Positions 31,822-42,200 of a DNA stretch of 64,000 bases are shown here, one piece after another. How positions within the stretch are numbered: the stretch's first letter is position 1; the number at the start of each line of letters is the position of its first letter. This stretch comes from Candidatus Nomurabacteria bacterium (GTDB taxonomy: Bacteria; Patescibacteriota; Minisyncoccia; Phycocordibacterales; UBA9973): NCBI GenBank assembly GCA_021413905.1, contig JAIOPO010000001.1:201159-265158 (forward strand). The letters are read 5' to 3'. The translations under genes were made by a program, and so were the position numbers. The notes under the pieces are model-generated. The model was not told the origin of the DNA. It did not search any database and saw only the letters and a program-made list of their open reading frames with translations.

Positions 31822-34638
31822 TTAAACTATTATATTCAAAAGTTTATTTTTTACATAAACTACCCTTTTTATTTCTTTGCCTTCTAGATGTTTCAAAATT
31901 GCTTCATTCTTTAAAGCTTTTTGTTTTATTTCTTCTTCTGTTTCTTCTATATTTATCAAAATTTCTGCACGCACTTTGCTATTTACCTGCAAAGCAATAG
32001 TTATTTCATCATCTTTCGTCAAAGCTTCGTCGTATTTCGGCCATAGGGAAAGATGTATGCTTTCTTTTTCGCCAAGATCCGCCCAAAGTTCTTCTGTTGT
32101 ATGTGGGGCAAAAGGAGCCAATAATTGCAAAAGAGTTTTATAAATTTCTTCTGAGATTTTTTCTTGTTTATCTAAACCATTTAAAAGAATCATCATTTTT
32201 GAAATACAAGTATTGTATTTATGTTCTTTGATATCTTGGTCTATGCCTTTGATTGTTTTGTGTAATAAATTACTTTGTTCTGTAAAATTTTTATCAATTT
32301 TTTCTTGCAATTTCCAAACTCGCTCCAAAAATCTACGCACACCGACGACGCCATTTGGATCCCAAGGATAGTTTACCGTCACTCCATACGGACCCATAAA
32401 TGCCAAATACAAACGCACTGTGTCTGCGCCAAGTCTTTCCACTATTTCATCAGGGTCTATCACATTGCCTTTTGATTTGGACATTTTATTTCCATCCGGA
32501 CCTAAAATAAGTCCCCTGTTGCGACGCATTGTGTAAGCCTCAGAATCTTTTACCAAACCTAAATCAAACAAAGCCTTTACCCAAAAACGAGAATAAAGTA
32601 AATGCATCGTAGTGTGCTCCGCCCCGCCCATATATAAATCCACCGGCATCCAAGAATTTATTTTTTCTTTATCTGCAAATTCTGTATCATTATTATTGTC
32701 CAAGTATCTGTAAAAATACCAAGAAGAATCTACAAATGTATCCATCGTTTCCACTTCCGGTTTCCATCCTTTTCCAAATATTTTTTCTGTTCTTTCTAGG
32801 AGTTCCTTGCTTCGTGCCAATGGTGCTGTGCCATCGGGCTTATAATCCACATCAGTCGGCAAAAGCCAAGGCAAGTGTTCGTCCGGCACCGGATGCGCCT
32901 TGCCTTCAATATCGTAAACTATCGGTATCGGCACACCCCAATATCTCTGCCGAGAAATCCCCCAGTCGCGTAGTCTATAAGTATTCACCAATTTCCCACC
33001 GACAAATTCTGTGATTTTTTTACGAGCTTCTTCGGAAGCTAAGCCATTAAATTTGGAAGAATTTATAAGTTCTCCATTTCCATCATAAAATAAATCTTTA
33101 CTTGCTAAGTATTTTTCTAAAATTTTTGCCTGACATAAATTATCTACTTTTTTAAAATTTTTAATGGCTTCATGAATATCCACCCAAATTAATTTTGCTT
33201 CTTTTGTATTTTCTTTAATTTGAGTAATATCAATATTCACCACATAAGCATGATGAAGCATTGTTCTAAAACATTTCCTTCTTTCAGAATACCAACTTGA
33301 TCTTAAGGTTTGAATCTTTTTAAATTTAGTGATATCTATATTTAAACCGACTTCTTCTCTGACTTCTCTTATTAAAGCATCTTCTGGTGTTTCACCTTCT
33401 TCGATACCACCTCCAACTAAAACATAATTTCCTCCAAACTTTGTCTGGTTTTCATTAGTTTCATCACATAAAACTTTTCCATTATTTTCAATAATAGCAC
33501 ATACCCTATTCCTTTCTATTGCATCTTTATTTCTATCTCCGACTATTTCTGCAATAACTTCTTTTATTGGCAAATTATATTTCTTTGCAAATTCAAAATC
33601 CCTTTCATCGTGGGCTGGCACTGCCATCACTGCTCCTGTGCCATAGCCTGCTAAAACATAATCCGCAATCCATACCGGCACTTCTTCATTATTCGCCGGG
33701 TTAATAGCTTTTATGCCTTTTAATTCAACTCCTGTTTTTTCTTTGGACTGCTGTCGGTCAAGTTCAGATTTCTTTTTTGTATCAGAAATATATTTTTCTA
33801 CTTCATTCCAATTTTCAATTTTATCTTTTAATTTTGAAATCAATTCATGTTCCGGCGCAAGTACTACATAAGTCACGCCAAACAAAGTATCCGCGCGAGT
33901 GGTAAATACTTTTATCTTTTCTTCAACATTTTTTATTCCAAATTCAATCTCACTCCCTTCACTCCTTCCTATCCAATTCTTCTGTGCGGATTTTATTTCG
34001 TGAGGCCAATCAAGCGTATCAAGATCGTCAATCAATCTGTCCGCATATTTTGAAATACGAAGCATCCATTGCTCTTGATCTCTTTGTTCCACTTCCGCTC
34101 CACAACGCTCGCATTTACCATCCACTACTTGCTCATTGGCAAGTATAGTCATATCTTTTGGACACCAATTTACTTTTGTAACATCGCGATATGCCAAATC
34201 ATTTTTCAAAAATTGATTAAACATCCATTGCGTCCATTTGTAATATTTCGGATCACAAGTCACCACCTCTCTGTCCCAATCAAAAGACGCGCCCATAGAA
34301 CGGAGCTGCAAGCGCATTTTATCCATATGTTCATAAGTCCAAATTTTTGGATCTGCGCCGAGTTTTATAGCTGCATTTTCTGCAGGCAAACCAAAAGCAT
34401 CAAAGCCCATCGGATACAAAACATTATACCCGCTCATTCTTTTATATCGCGCAAAAATATCCGGCACAGAAAAAGCATACCAGTGTCCCACGTGCAGATT
34501 GCCCGAAGGATAAGTGAATTCCACAAGTTGATAAAAATTTTCTTTACCTTTTACTGTATCATCTACCTTGTAAAGTTTATTCTTCTCCCATTCCTCCTGC
34601 CATTTTTTTTCAATTATTTTATGATCGTAATTTTTCAT
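31822..34638 (-). CDS. leuS: Leucine--tRNA ligase with an inserted NUDIX domain
   Basis: YPSGNLHVGH, GTGAVMAVPAHDERD, RLRDWGISRQRYWG, KMSKS; NUDIX box GGGIEEGETPEDALIREVREEVGL. Confidence 0.97.
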   Translation of the reverse strand: MKNYDHKIIEKKWQEEWEKNKLYKVDDTVKGKENFYQLVEFTYPSGNLHVGHWYAFSVPDIFARYKRMSGYNVLYPMGFDAFGLPAENAAIKLGADPKIWTYEHMDKMRLQLRSMGASFDWDREVVTCDPKYYKWTQWMFNQFLKNDLAYRDVTKVNWCPKDMTILANEQVVDGKCERCGAEVEQRDQEQWMLRISKYADRLIDDLDTLDWPHEIKSAQKNWIGRSEGSEIEFGIKNVEEKIKVFTTRADTLFGVTYVVLAPEHELISKLKDKIENWNEVEKYISDTKKKSELDRQQSKEKTGVELKGIKAINPANNEEVPVWIADYVLAGYGTGAVMAVPAHDERDFEFAKKYNLPIKEVIAEIVGDRNKDAIERNRVCAIIENNGKVLCDETNENQTKFGGNYVLVGGGIEEGETPEDALIREVREEVGLNIDITKFKKIQTLRSSWYSERRKCFRTMLHHAYVVNIDITQIKENTKEAKLIWVDIHEAIKNFKKVDNLCQAKILEKYLASKDLFYDGNGELINSSKFNGLASEEARKKITEFVGGKLVNTYRLRDWGISRQRYWGVPIPIVYDIEGKAHPVPDEHLPWLLPTDVDYKPDGTAPLARSKELLERTEKIFGKGWKPEVETMDTFVDSSWYFYRYLDNNNDTEFADKEKINSWMPVDLYMGGAEHTTMHLLYSRFWVKALFDLGLVKDSEAYTMRRNRGLILGPDGNKMSKSKGNVIDPDEIVERLGADTVRLYLAFMGPYGVTVNYPWDPNGVVGVRRFLERVWKLQEKIDKNFTEQSNLLHKTIKGIDQDIKEHKYNTCISKMMILLNGLDKQEKISEEIYKTLLQLLAPFAPHTTEELWADLGEKESIHLSLWPKYDEALTKDDEITIALQVNSKVRAEILINIEETEEEIKQKALKNEAILKHLEGKEIKRVVYVKNKLLNIIV

Positions 34639-34641
34639 TTT

Positions 34642-35661
34642 TTATAACGCTTTCGGATAAGGTGGATACATATCTTTATCTATTGTTCTTTCAAAACAAG
34701 TTCTACCAGCTTGATGATCCCAAGAATTATTTACACCATTTGTTCCCGGATATGGATAAGTTTCTACATTTGTTGTAGTTATATCACGCACAGCCACAGG
34801 CATCACTCCTCCACTGTAACTCTGATTCTCTTGCCAACCTTTTGGCATAGGTAAAGAAAAGTTTGCACAAATTTCAAAAGTTAATTTTTCTTTTGGAATA
34901 TATTCATACACTTTTCCTTTTTCAAATTCAGGATCTACTGGTAAAGAATACCCAGACAAAGGATTTGCAAGATCAGTTATCTTTGCAGGTAATTTTTGTT
35001 TTTGTTGATAAAAGTTAGTAACTTGAGATTGAATACTTTGCAAATCTTGCATACGTTTATCATCAAGACGCAAATCTCTTTGTTGCATAGGGCTACCTAT
35101 AACCATAAAACTCCACACAATGAGAGCAAGCACTATGAACATACTAAAATAAGTCGCTATTTTTTTAAATACATTGACCCATTTTGTCTGCCACACTTCA
35201 GGCAAGAAATAAAACAAAACCATTTTTGCTGCTCCAGCAACAAATAAAATTTTAAAAATAAAACGAATAGTGATTTCTCCAGAAACAAAATATCTTACTA
35301 AAACTATCAAATCAGTTAATACAATAATACCAGAAAGAAAAATAATTATATAAGTGAGCCATTTATGCGCAGTAACATCATAACCTTGCAAACCTTTATT
35401 TTGAATTTTTTTCCACAAATAAACCAACACTAAAAGTGCAGGGAAAACAATTATAAGTGTAGCCAAAGCTGTGCGGGCATTATCAAATTGATAAGAATTA
35501 TAACCATATTGATAAACAGCATTCAATACATCCGGGAATTTTTTATCTAAAATTTCAAAAGCTAGATTTAAAAAAGAAACGACAGATGCAATCAAAGAAG
35601 CCAAAACACCTAATGATAAAAAGAAATAACCGGCACTCAATTTATTTTTTATATTTTCCAT
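34642..35661 (-). CDS. DUF5671-like membrane protein with C-terminal extracytoplasmic domain
   Basis: LATLIIVFP, WLTYIIIFLSG, GEIT.RF, GSP..QR..RLD.KR..DL, YEY...FEICANF. Confidence 0.7.
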   Translation of the reverse strand: MENIKNKLSAGYFFLSLGVLASLIASVVSFLNLAFEILDKKFPDVLNAVYQYGYNSYQFDNARTALATLIIVFPALLVLVYLWKKIQNKGLQGYDVTAHKWLTYIIIFLSGIIVLTDLIVLVRYFVSGEITIRFIFKILFVAGAAKMVLFYFLPEVWQTKWVNVFKKIATYFSMFIVLALIVWSFMVIGSPMQQRDLRLDDKRMQDLQSIQSQVTNFYQQKQKLPAKITDLANPLSGYSLPVDPEFEKGKVYEYIPKEKLTFEICANFSLPMPKGWQENQSYSGGVMPVAVRDITTTNVETYPYPGTNGVNNSWDHQAGRTCFERTIDKDMYPPYPKAL

Positions 35662-35669
35662 ATTGACTT

Positions 35670-35693
35670 ATTATATCAAAAATATGCTATAAT
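35670..35693. promoter_or_regulatory. Back-to-back extended -10 promoters
   Basis: TGATATAAT on minus (35670-35678) and TGCTATAAT on plus (35685-35693). Confidence 0.65.
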
Positions 35694-35726
35694 GAAAAGT
35701 ATATTTTATAAGTTTTCATATACACT

Positions 35727-36242
35727 ATGAGTCCCAAAAATCGTCAAAAAAGAATAGAAAGTGCTTCAGACAAATTAATTCGTTGGATTGGTTCACCTTC
35801 TTCGTTGGTATTACATACTGTATTTTTTATAGTTATGCTTTCTTTGGCTGTTTCTGGTGTTAATTTTGACCAAGTAATGCTCGTATTAACTACAATAGTT
35901 TCTTTGGAAGCCATTTATTTATCTATCTTTATTCAAATGACAGTAAATAGACAAGGTAAAGAGCTTGAAGAAGTCGCTGAAGATTTGGAAGAAGTATCAG
36001 AAGATATCGAAGAAATTCAAGAAGACGTGGAAGAAATTCAAAAAGATGTGGATGAGATTCAAACCGATGTCGATGAAATCCAAGAAAATGTGGATGAAAT
36101 TCAAGAAGACGTGGAAGAAATAGAAGAAGCTAGCGCGGAAGAACAAAAAGAAGAAGCTCAACAAAAAGAAATTTTTGCTAAAATTGAAAATAGTTTGCGT
36201 GACCTGATGCAAGAAATATCAGATCTAAAAGCTAAAAAATAA
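35727..36242 (+). CDS. DUF1003-like membrane protein with acidic heptad coiled coil
   Basis: WIGS..SL..H..FF, LTTIVSLEAIYLSIFIQM..NRQ. Confidence 0.8.
   Translation: MSPKNRQKRIESASDKLIRWIGSPSSLVLHTVFFIVMLSLAVSGVNFDQVMLVLTTIVSLEAIYLSIFIQMTVNRQGKELEEVAEDLEEVSEDIEEIQEDVEEIQKDVDEIQTDVDEIQENVDEIQEDVEEIEEASAEEQKEEAQQKEIFAKIENSLRDLMQEISDLKAKK
35967..36130 (+). repeat. Degenerate 21-bp tandem repeat encoding (D/E)EIQ(E/K/T)(D/N)V heptads
   Basis: gaagaaattcaagaagacgtg-type units, about 8 copies. Confidence 0.8.
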
Positions 36243-37136
36243 TTATTTTATTTCCCAAATAGCTGTATTTGAAAGAGGAATATTTCTGTCTTTTGATTTT
36301 TCTTTCAAGCATAATTCACCACAAGAAACTTCCCCTTTCATTTCAATCATAGCATTTTCTAATGCATAACCAAGAGATAATGCTGATGCATCTATTGAAT
36401 AAGAATTTAAAATTACAAATAAAGGATTATCGGACAAAACTCTTTTTACATTATTTAAAAGTTTAGGTAAATTTTCTTCTATTTTCCATGTCTCACCTTT
36501 TGGTCCCCTGCCAAATTTGGGTGGATCCATAATAACTGCATCGTATTTATTTCCACGTTTTATTTCACGTTCTAAGAATTTCATTACATCTTCTAAAATT
36601 ATTTTCATTGGCATATTACTCATTCCAGCCAAATTTTGATTATCTTTTGCCCAAGAGAGAGAGCTTTTTGAAGCATCAACATGCGTAATATCCGCCCCTG
36701 CACGCAAAGCGAATAAACTAGCAACTCCAGTATAGCCAAATAAATTCAAAAATTTAACTGGCTTTTTTGCTCCACGAATCTTTTCTTCAATAAAATCCCA
36801 ATGACTAGCCTGCTCTGGAAAAAATCCTAAATGTCTAAAAGGTGTAGGCATTGCCCAAAATTTTAAGCCATTGTAAGACATTTCAAATTTTTCATTTATT
36901 TTTTTATCCATCCGCCAACCAGCTTTTGATCCACCTTTTGAACTGTAAAATTTACCATCATTTTTATCCCAATCTTTTACAGATAAAGTTTTACCCCAAA
37001 CAGCATCTTCATAAGGACGTACAAAAATACGAGACCCAAATCTCTCGATTTTTTCCCTTTCTCCAGTATCAAGCATTTCATAGTCAGATGATGCTGACCA
37101 ATTTTTTGCTGTAAAAATTTTAATTTCTTTTATCAT
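36243..37136 (-). CDS. Class I SAM-dependent methyltransferase (RlmI/RlmK-like)
   Basis: HLGFFPEQ, LNLFGYTG, HVDAS, MDPPKFGRG. Confidence 0.85.
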   Translation of the reverse strand: MIKEIKIFTAKNWSASSDYEMLDTGEREKIERFGSRIFVRPYEDAVWGKTLSVKDWDKNDGKFYSSKGGSKAGWRMDKKINEKFEMSYNGLKFWAMPTPFRHLGFFPEQASHWDFIEEKIRGAKKPVKFLNLFGYTGVASLFALRAGADITHVDASKSSLSWAKDNQNLAGMSNMPMKIILEDVMKFLEREIKRGNKYDAVIMDPPKFGRGPKGETWKIEENLPKLLNNVKRVLSDNPLFVILNSYSIDASALSLGYALENAMIEMKGEVSCGELCLKEKSKDRNIPLSNTAIWEIK

Positions 37137-37137
37137 A

Positions 37138-37701
37138 TTATTTATTCAGTATACCACGTAAAACTTTTATTTCTCCATTTTTTTGTATTTCAATCAAATT
37201 AGAAGGATTCGCATTCCATTTTCCTCCGGATAAGAAAAAATCAACTTCATTCATAAAATATTCTTTTGCTTGTTTCATATTTTGCGCTTGCATCAAACCT
37301 TGAGGATTCACAGAAGTCGCCACCACAGGGCCTGTCTTTTTTAATATATTTAAAATAAATTTGTTATCGGGCAAACGAAAAGCCAAATTATCCGCATCAC
37401 GATTTAAATATTTAAATTTTTGAGATGATTTTTTATTTGTATGTTTTAAAATTACAGAAGTTTTTTTGGGCCATTTTTCCTCAAAAAAAGAATCTATCTT
37501 ATGTATTCCGAAATTTTCTAAATCTTTAATACTTGAAATTAAAATTATAAAAGGTTTATGGCTGTCTCTTTTTTTAATTTTATAAATTCTCTCTACTGCT
37601 TTTCTAGAATATGCACTGCCTACTATGCCGTAAATTGTATCAGTAGGCATTATTCCAATACCATCATTTTTCAATATTTTAATAATATTTTTATCTTGCA
37701 T
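37138..37701 (-). CDS. tsaC: Threonylcarbamoyl-AMP synthase (TsaC/Sua5/YrdC)
   Basis: PTDTIYG, KKR...KP, AFRLP, TSVN, PS. Confidence 0.9.
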   Translation of the reverse strand: MQDKNIIKILKNDGIGIMPTDTIYGIVGSAYSRKAVERIYKIKKRDSHKPFIILISSIKDLENFGIHKIDSFFEEKWPKKTSVILKHTNKKSSQKFKYLNRDADNLAFRLPDNKFILNILKKTGPVVATSVNPQGLMQAQNMKQAKEYFMNEVDFFLSGGKWNANPSNLIEIQKNGEIKVLRGILNK

Positions 37702-37709
37702 TATTTATA

Positions 37710-38123
37710 TTATTTATATAAATGGTTATCGGATCCACATTTACAACCTTTTGGTTTTATAAATTCTTTAAAAAAATCTTTACCATAATCATAACCCAGT
37801 TCTTCGCCTTTTTTAATATCTTTTTTTGTAAAAATAAAAATTCTTTCTTTTTTAATTTCAACTTCGCAATTCGGACGACAATTATGATTAATATATCTGG
37901 CTATATTTTTTCTATCCTTTCCATCGATAGTCAAACTATCTCTAATCTCAAAAAGATACATACCTCCCACATTATCAGCTTCTTCTCTATTCAGTCTTTT
38001 CCCGACATATTCAATTACAAAATCTCCCTTTTTAAAATCCTGATCAGCAAAAAGTCCAAATCCTGCTTTTGTTTTTCTAATTTTAACTTTCGCTTTTTTT
38101 AATTTTTCTGTATCAAATTTCAT
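37710..38123 (-). CDS. SET-domain protein-lysine methyltransferase
   Basis: GFGLFA, IEYVG, ARYINHNC.PNC, GEELGYDY, post-SET CKCG. Confidence 0.92.
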   Translation of the reverse strand: MKFDTEKLKKAKVKIRKTKAGFGLFADQDFKKGDFVIEYVGKRLNREEADNVGGMYLFEIRDSLTIDGKDRKNIARYINHNCRPNCEVEIKKERIFIFTKKDIKKGEELGYDYGKDFFKEFIKPKGCKCGSDNHLYK

Positions 38124-38128
38124 TTAAT

Positions 38129-39130
38129 TTAAATTTTAAATTCTATAACATCACCATCTTTCACTATATATTCCTTGCCTTCAGTGCGGACTTTGCCTTT
38201 GGAACGGGCTTCTGAGTATGACCCTGCTTCAAGTAAATCTTTCCAAAACACCACTTCGGCACGAATAAATTTATCTTTGAAATCCGTATGGATTGCAGTG
38301 CCTGCTATCGGAGCAGTCGAACCTTTTTGTATTGTCCACGCACGAGTCTCTTCGACACCAGTCGTAAAATAAGTCTCAAGCCCTAAAAGGTCATAACTCG
38401 CACGTATCATTTCATCAAAACCTTTTTCAAATACAGCATCGATAACAACATGTTTCCCTGGAATATTTTGTGCTACTTTTTCTATTACATTCTCAGCGAC
38501 TTCCGACGCATTGAGTGCGTAAAGTATCGGCTTCATAGAAAGCAAATGCATACTTTTTATTATCTCACTTTCTTTTTCATCTAAAATTGTTTCATTTGCC
38601 AAATGCGAATCAGATAAAACTTTTTCCACTTTTTTCAAGACTACTTCTTCCGCAATAGCGAGCTTGTCTCCCCTTTTTACATCTTTTTGCAAATTGGCAA
38701 TTCTTTTTGTGACAGTTTCCAAATCAGCCAAAATGAGTTCTAGATTTATCACAGAAATATCTTGCAATGGGTCCACCTTGTTTGCCACATGAATAATATC
38801 TTTATCTTCAAACACACGCACGACTTCCAAAATAGCATCAACCTCGCGAATATTTGAAAGAAACTTGTTACCCAATCCTTCACCCTTTGATGCCCCTGCT
38901 ACAAGCCCCGCTATGTCCACGAATTCTATAACAGCTGGAATAGTCCTGTTTGTTTTAGAAAAATCAGCGAGTTTATAAAGCCTATCATCCGGCACAGGCA
39001 CAATACCTACTGACGGATCAATAGTACAAAAAGGATAATTTTCCGCCGGCACTCCCTTTTTCGTCAACGCATTAAAAAGCGTGGATTTACCGACATTTGG
39101 CAGACCTACAATTCCGATACTTAATGACAT
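38129..39130 (-). CDS. ychF: Ribosome-binding ATPase YchF
   Basis: GIVGLPNVGKSTLFNALT, NYPFCTIDP, EGKEYIVKDGD; start at MSLSIG (TGCTATATT 6 nt upstream). Confidence 0.96.
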   Translation of the reverse strand: MSLSIGIVGLPNVGKSTLFNALTKKGVPAENYPFCTIDPSVGIVPVPDDRLYKLADFSKTNRTIPAVIEFVDIAGLVAGASKGEGLGNKFLSNIREVDAILEVVRVFEDKDIIHVANKVDPLQDISVINLELILADLETVTKRIANLQKDVKRGDKLAIAEEVVLKKVEKVLSDSHLANETILDEKESEIIKSMHLLSMKPILYALNASEVAENVIEKVAQNIPGKHVVIDAVFEKGFDEMIRASYDLLGLETYFTTGVEETRAWTIQKGSTAPIAGTAIHTDFKDKFIRAEVVFWKDLLEAGSYSEARSKGKVRTEGKEYIVKDGDVIEFKI

Positions 39131-39210
39131 TGTTAAAATATAGCAGAAATAAAGTTTTTTGTCATTCAGTAATTTTTTTATTTCTAGAAAACTATATGAC
39201 AAAAAAATAA

Positions 39211-42200
39211 TTAATTATTTGCCATAAGCCATGCATTTAATATTTTACGAGTGTAAGGACCCAAAACACCAGTTCCTTTTTTTAGACCCTGAGGAATAAG
39301 AATTTCTTTTGCATGAGCTTCTTGGAATTTTATTAATTGTTGTTTTGTTTTTTTACCAAAGAAATTATTTTCTTTACCTTTAGAACCAACCCCATTAAGA
39401 GCAATAGTGAAACCGTTATTATTCAAGAAAATTTGAAGTAATTTTACGTCGTTATTTGTATTTGATTGTTTTAGATTCTTTTTAAATTGAAAACCATCTG
39501 GCAAACCTGTTTTTATGATTTTAAAATCACTTGAAATATTATTTATTTTCTCTTCAAGATTTTTAACATCTTTTTGTGTAGTATCTTGAGTTGATGAATA
39601 TCCTCCATATCCTCCGCCTCCACCGCCGCCACCAGAAGCAACCAAACAAGCACTAGTTGAAAATACTCTATCTGTATCTGAAACACCTGTACCAGAGCTA
39701 TTTATAGCATATGCTTTAAAATGATAAGTTGTACCACAAGACAGATTTGAAATAACTGTTGAAAATGAACCTTCGTCATACGAACCAATATTCTGTAAAA
39801 TTGTATTACCATAATTAGTCGTAGAGCCCCAATAAAAACCTCTAACAGAAGCTAATTCTCCTCCGGTAGACACTATGGTACCATTCAAAGTCCCCTGACT
39901 TCGAGAGACAGAAGAAGCAGAAGATGTTGTAACTATTGGATTCTCAACAGAATCATTTGAATCTGAAACAGAAACATTTACAAAATCAGTATTGAGAGAA
40001 TGGTGTATTCCTGGTGTAGCGACAGATTCATCTGTACCCCAATTTATTTCACGAGTATTGTATTCAGCTTGATACGCATTATGCTCTGTATCTGTTGGGT
40101 AGTGTTCCAAATTTTCATGATATGGATAATTTGTCATTTCATTAAATGGTAATGGGAAAATTGTATCTCCTAATGCATTATGGAATGATTTATGATAATC
40201 CCATGTGTCATAAATGAAATCACGTTCTGTTCCATTTGCTTGCACAGGAACTTCGTAACGAAGAGAAATTTCATCACCTTGTGTTGTTATAACAAATTTA
40301 TTATCAACATTCGCAAGTAAATCTTTTACATCACCATATTTTGTAGCCATACCGGTAAGAGTATTTCCTTTTCCTTTCTTTGAAATCAAATCAGCATAAT
40401 CTGGTATTTCCAAATCGCCCATATGTGCATCATTTGCATTCAAAGGAATCATATTTGAAATTCCACGAAAATGTAAATTTGCATAATAAGGTGATAAAAC
40501 TGATTTTGAAATCTCTTCATCGGGACTTGTGTCTACAGCAATCCAATCTATATCAGTTTGAATTTGACGATTTGTCATAACAAAACGAATTTCATTATCT
40601 TTTATTGTAAGACCTGAAAGATCAATAACTTTTGTATCAACACCATAACTATTACTTAAAATTCTATTTGTAACTGATTGACCTGAACGTTTACCGATAG
40701 ATGGATTCATATTCTCAGGAACGTTTACAAAAACCCCAGAGCTATTTTTATATTGAAGCGCATCAGATTGTTTATTTCCTTGGAACAATCCTTCTTTGCC
40801 TTTTTTAACAACAATTTTCAAATTAGCAGGAGTTACGGTATCATTAGAAAGTTTCATTGTTAAATATGAACTAGTGTCTTCTTTTCTTGTATGATAATAA
40901 TTATTATCATCATAAGCAATTAAACTTTTTACATCCTTACCATTTTGATCTTTTATCCAAATTGGAGCTTGTGCATTTTTTGCAATAGTATGTATTTGTT
41001 TATTTTGACGAGCATCAGGGAAAATATTTACATTTGAACTATGGTCAATAACCTCAAGGTTAGCTTGATCATAATAATTTACTTCATTTAATTCAAATGT
41101 AGTTTTTATATCATAGTATGTTCCATTATTATTTGTCGTAGGTGCCATATAACCACTTGGAATTTTTACAAAAGATTCAGGATTTGGATAAGTTGGTGCT
41201 TTGTAAAAAGGTGTAGATTTCCATTGTTCTCTGTCTAGGCCTTGTCCCATTGTTCCAGAACTTGAAGCATCAATAATAAATTTATATTCTTCACCATTCC
41301 ATGTAAATATAAAAGGACAAGAGGAAGAAATACCATAAAGAATTGTTTGTTCTGGACTTGTTTTACAAACACCCTCTGCATCACAAGAACGTACACGATA
41401 ATAATAAGCATTTCCAGTTACATTTAACCAATTTTCTCCACCATCATTAGATGTCCACAAAGCTCCACTGCCAACAGACATTATAAGTTTTGAACCATTA
41501 TAATTTGATGCAGCACCAATACCGAAACATTGATTAGGTCCTTTTCTAGACCAAGACCATATACCACTTTGTGAATTATAAATTCCAACTCCGATTTGAC
41601 CGCAATTTTCACCAAGAATAATTTTACTACCATCTGGACTCATATTTACTGAATACCAATAAGGAGTTCCTAAATCTTGATTCTCTGTCCAATCCCAAGT
41701 TTCACCAGATTTAACTGTATAGATATATCCACCCTCTTTTGCAACTACAAATTTACTACCATTTTCATTTGTTGATATGTATGAATCTCCCCACGACATA
41801 TTATTTGGATAACCAGTAGAAATTTGAGAAAGATCTGTCCAAGTCCAACCACCATCATTAACTCCAGACCAAACACTTCCATTAGCATTATTTTCTACAT
41901 CATAAGAACTCACAGCGAATATTTTATCACCTGTATAATCCATAGCGATAGATCTCCAATTTTGTAAACCTGTACTTGTATTTTCTGTCCAAATCCATGT
42001 AAGACCAGAATCATTTGATTGAGCTGTATAAATATAACTATAATCATCTATTATTGCACTTATACTATATCCATCTGCACTAGAAACAACCTTGAGCCAA
42101 TCTTGTGTTCCTGGATAATCAGTAGAAACACTTGAAAGATTTGTCCATACCCAAGTAGCACCTCCGTTATTAGTCACACCACGATAAATATTTCCACTAT

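Noticed and set aside
35967..36130. Periodic repeats as a CRISPR array
   Set aside because: Contiguous in-frame 21-bp coding units with no spacers. No CRISPR array or cas genes were seen in the window.
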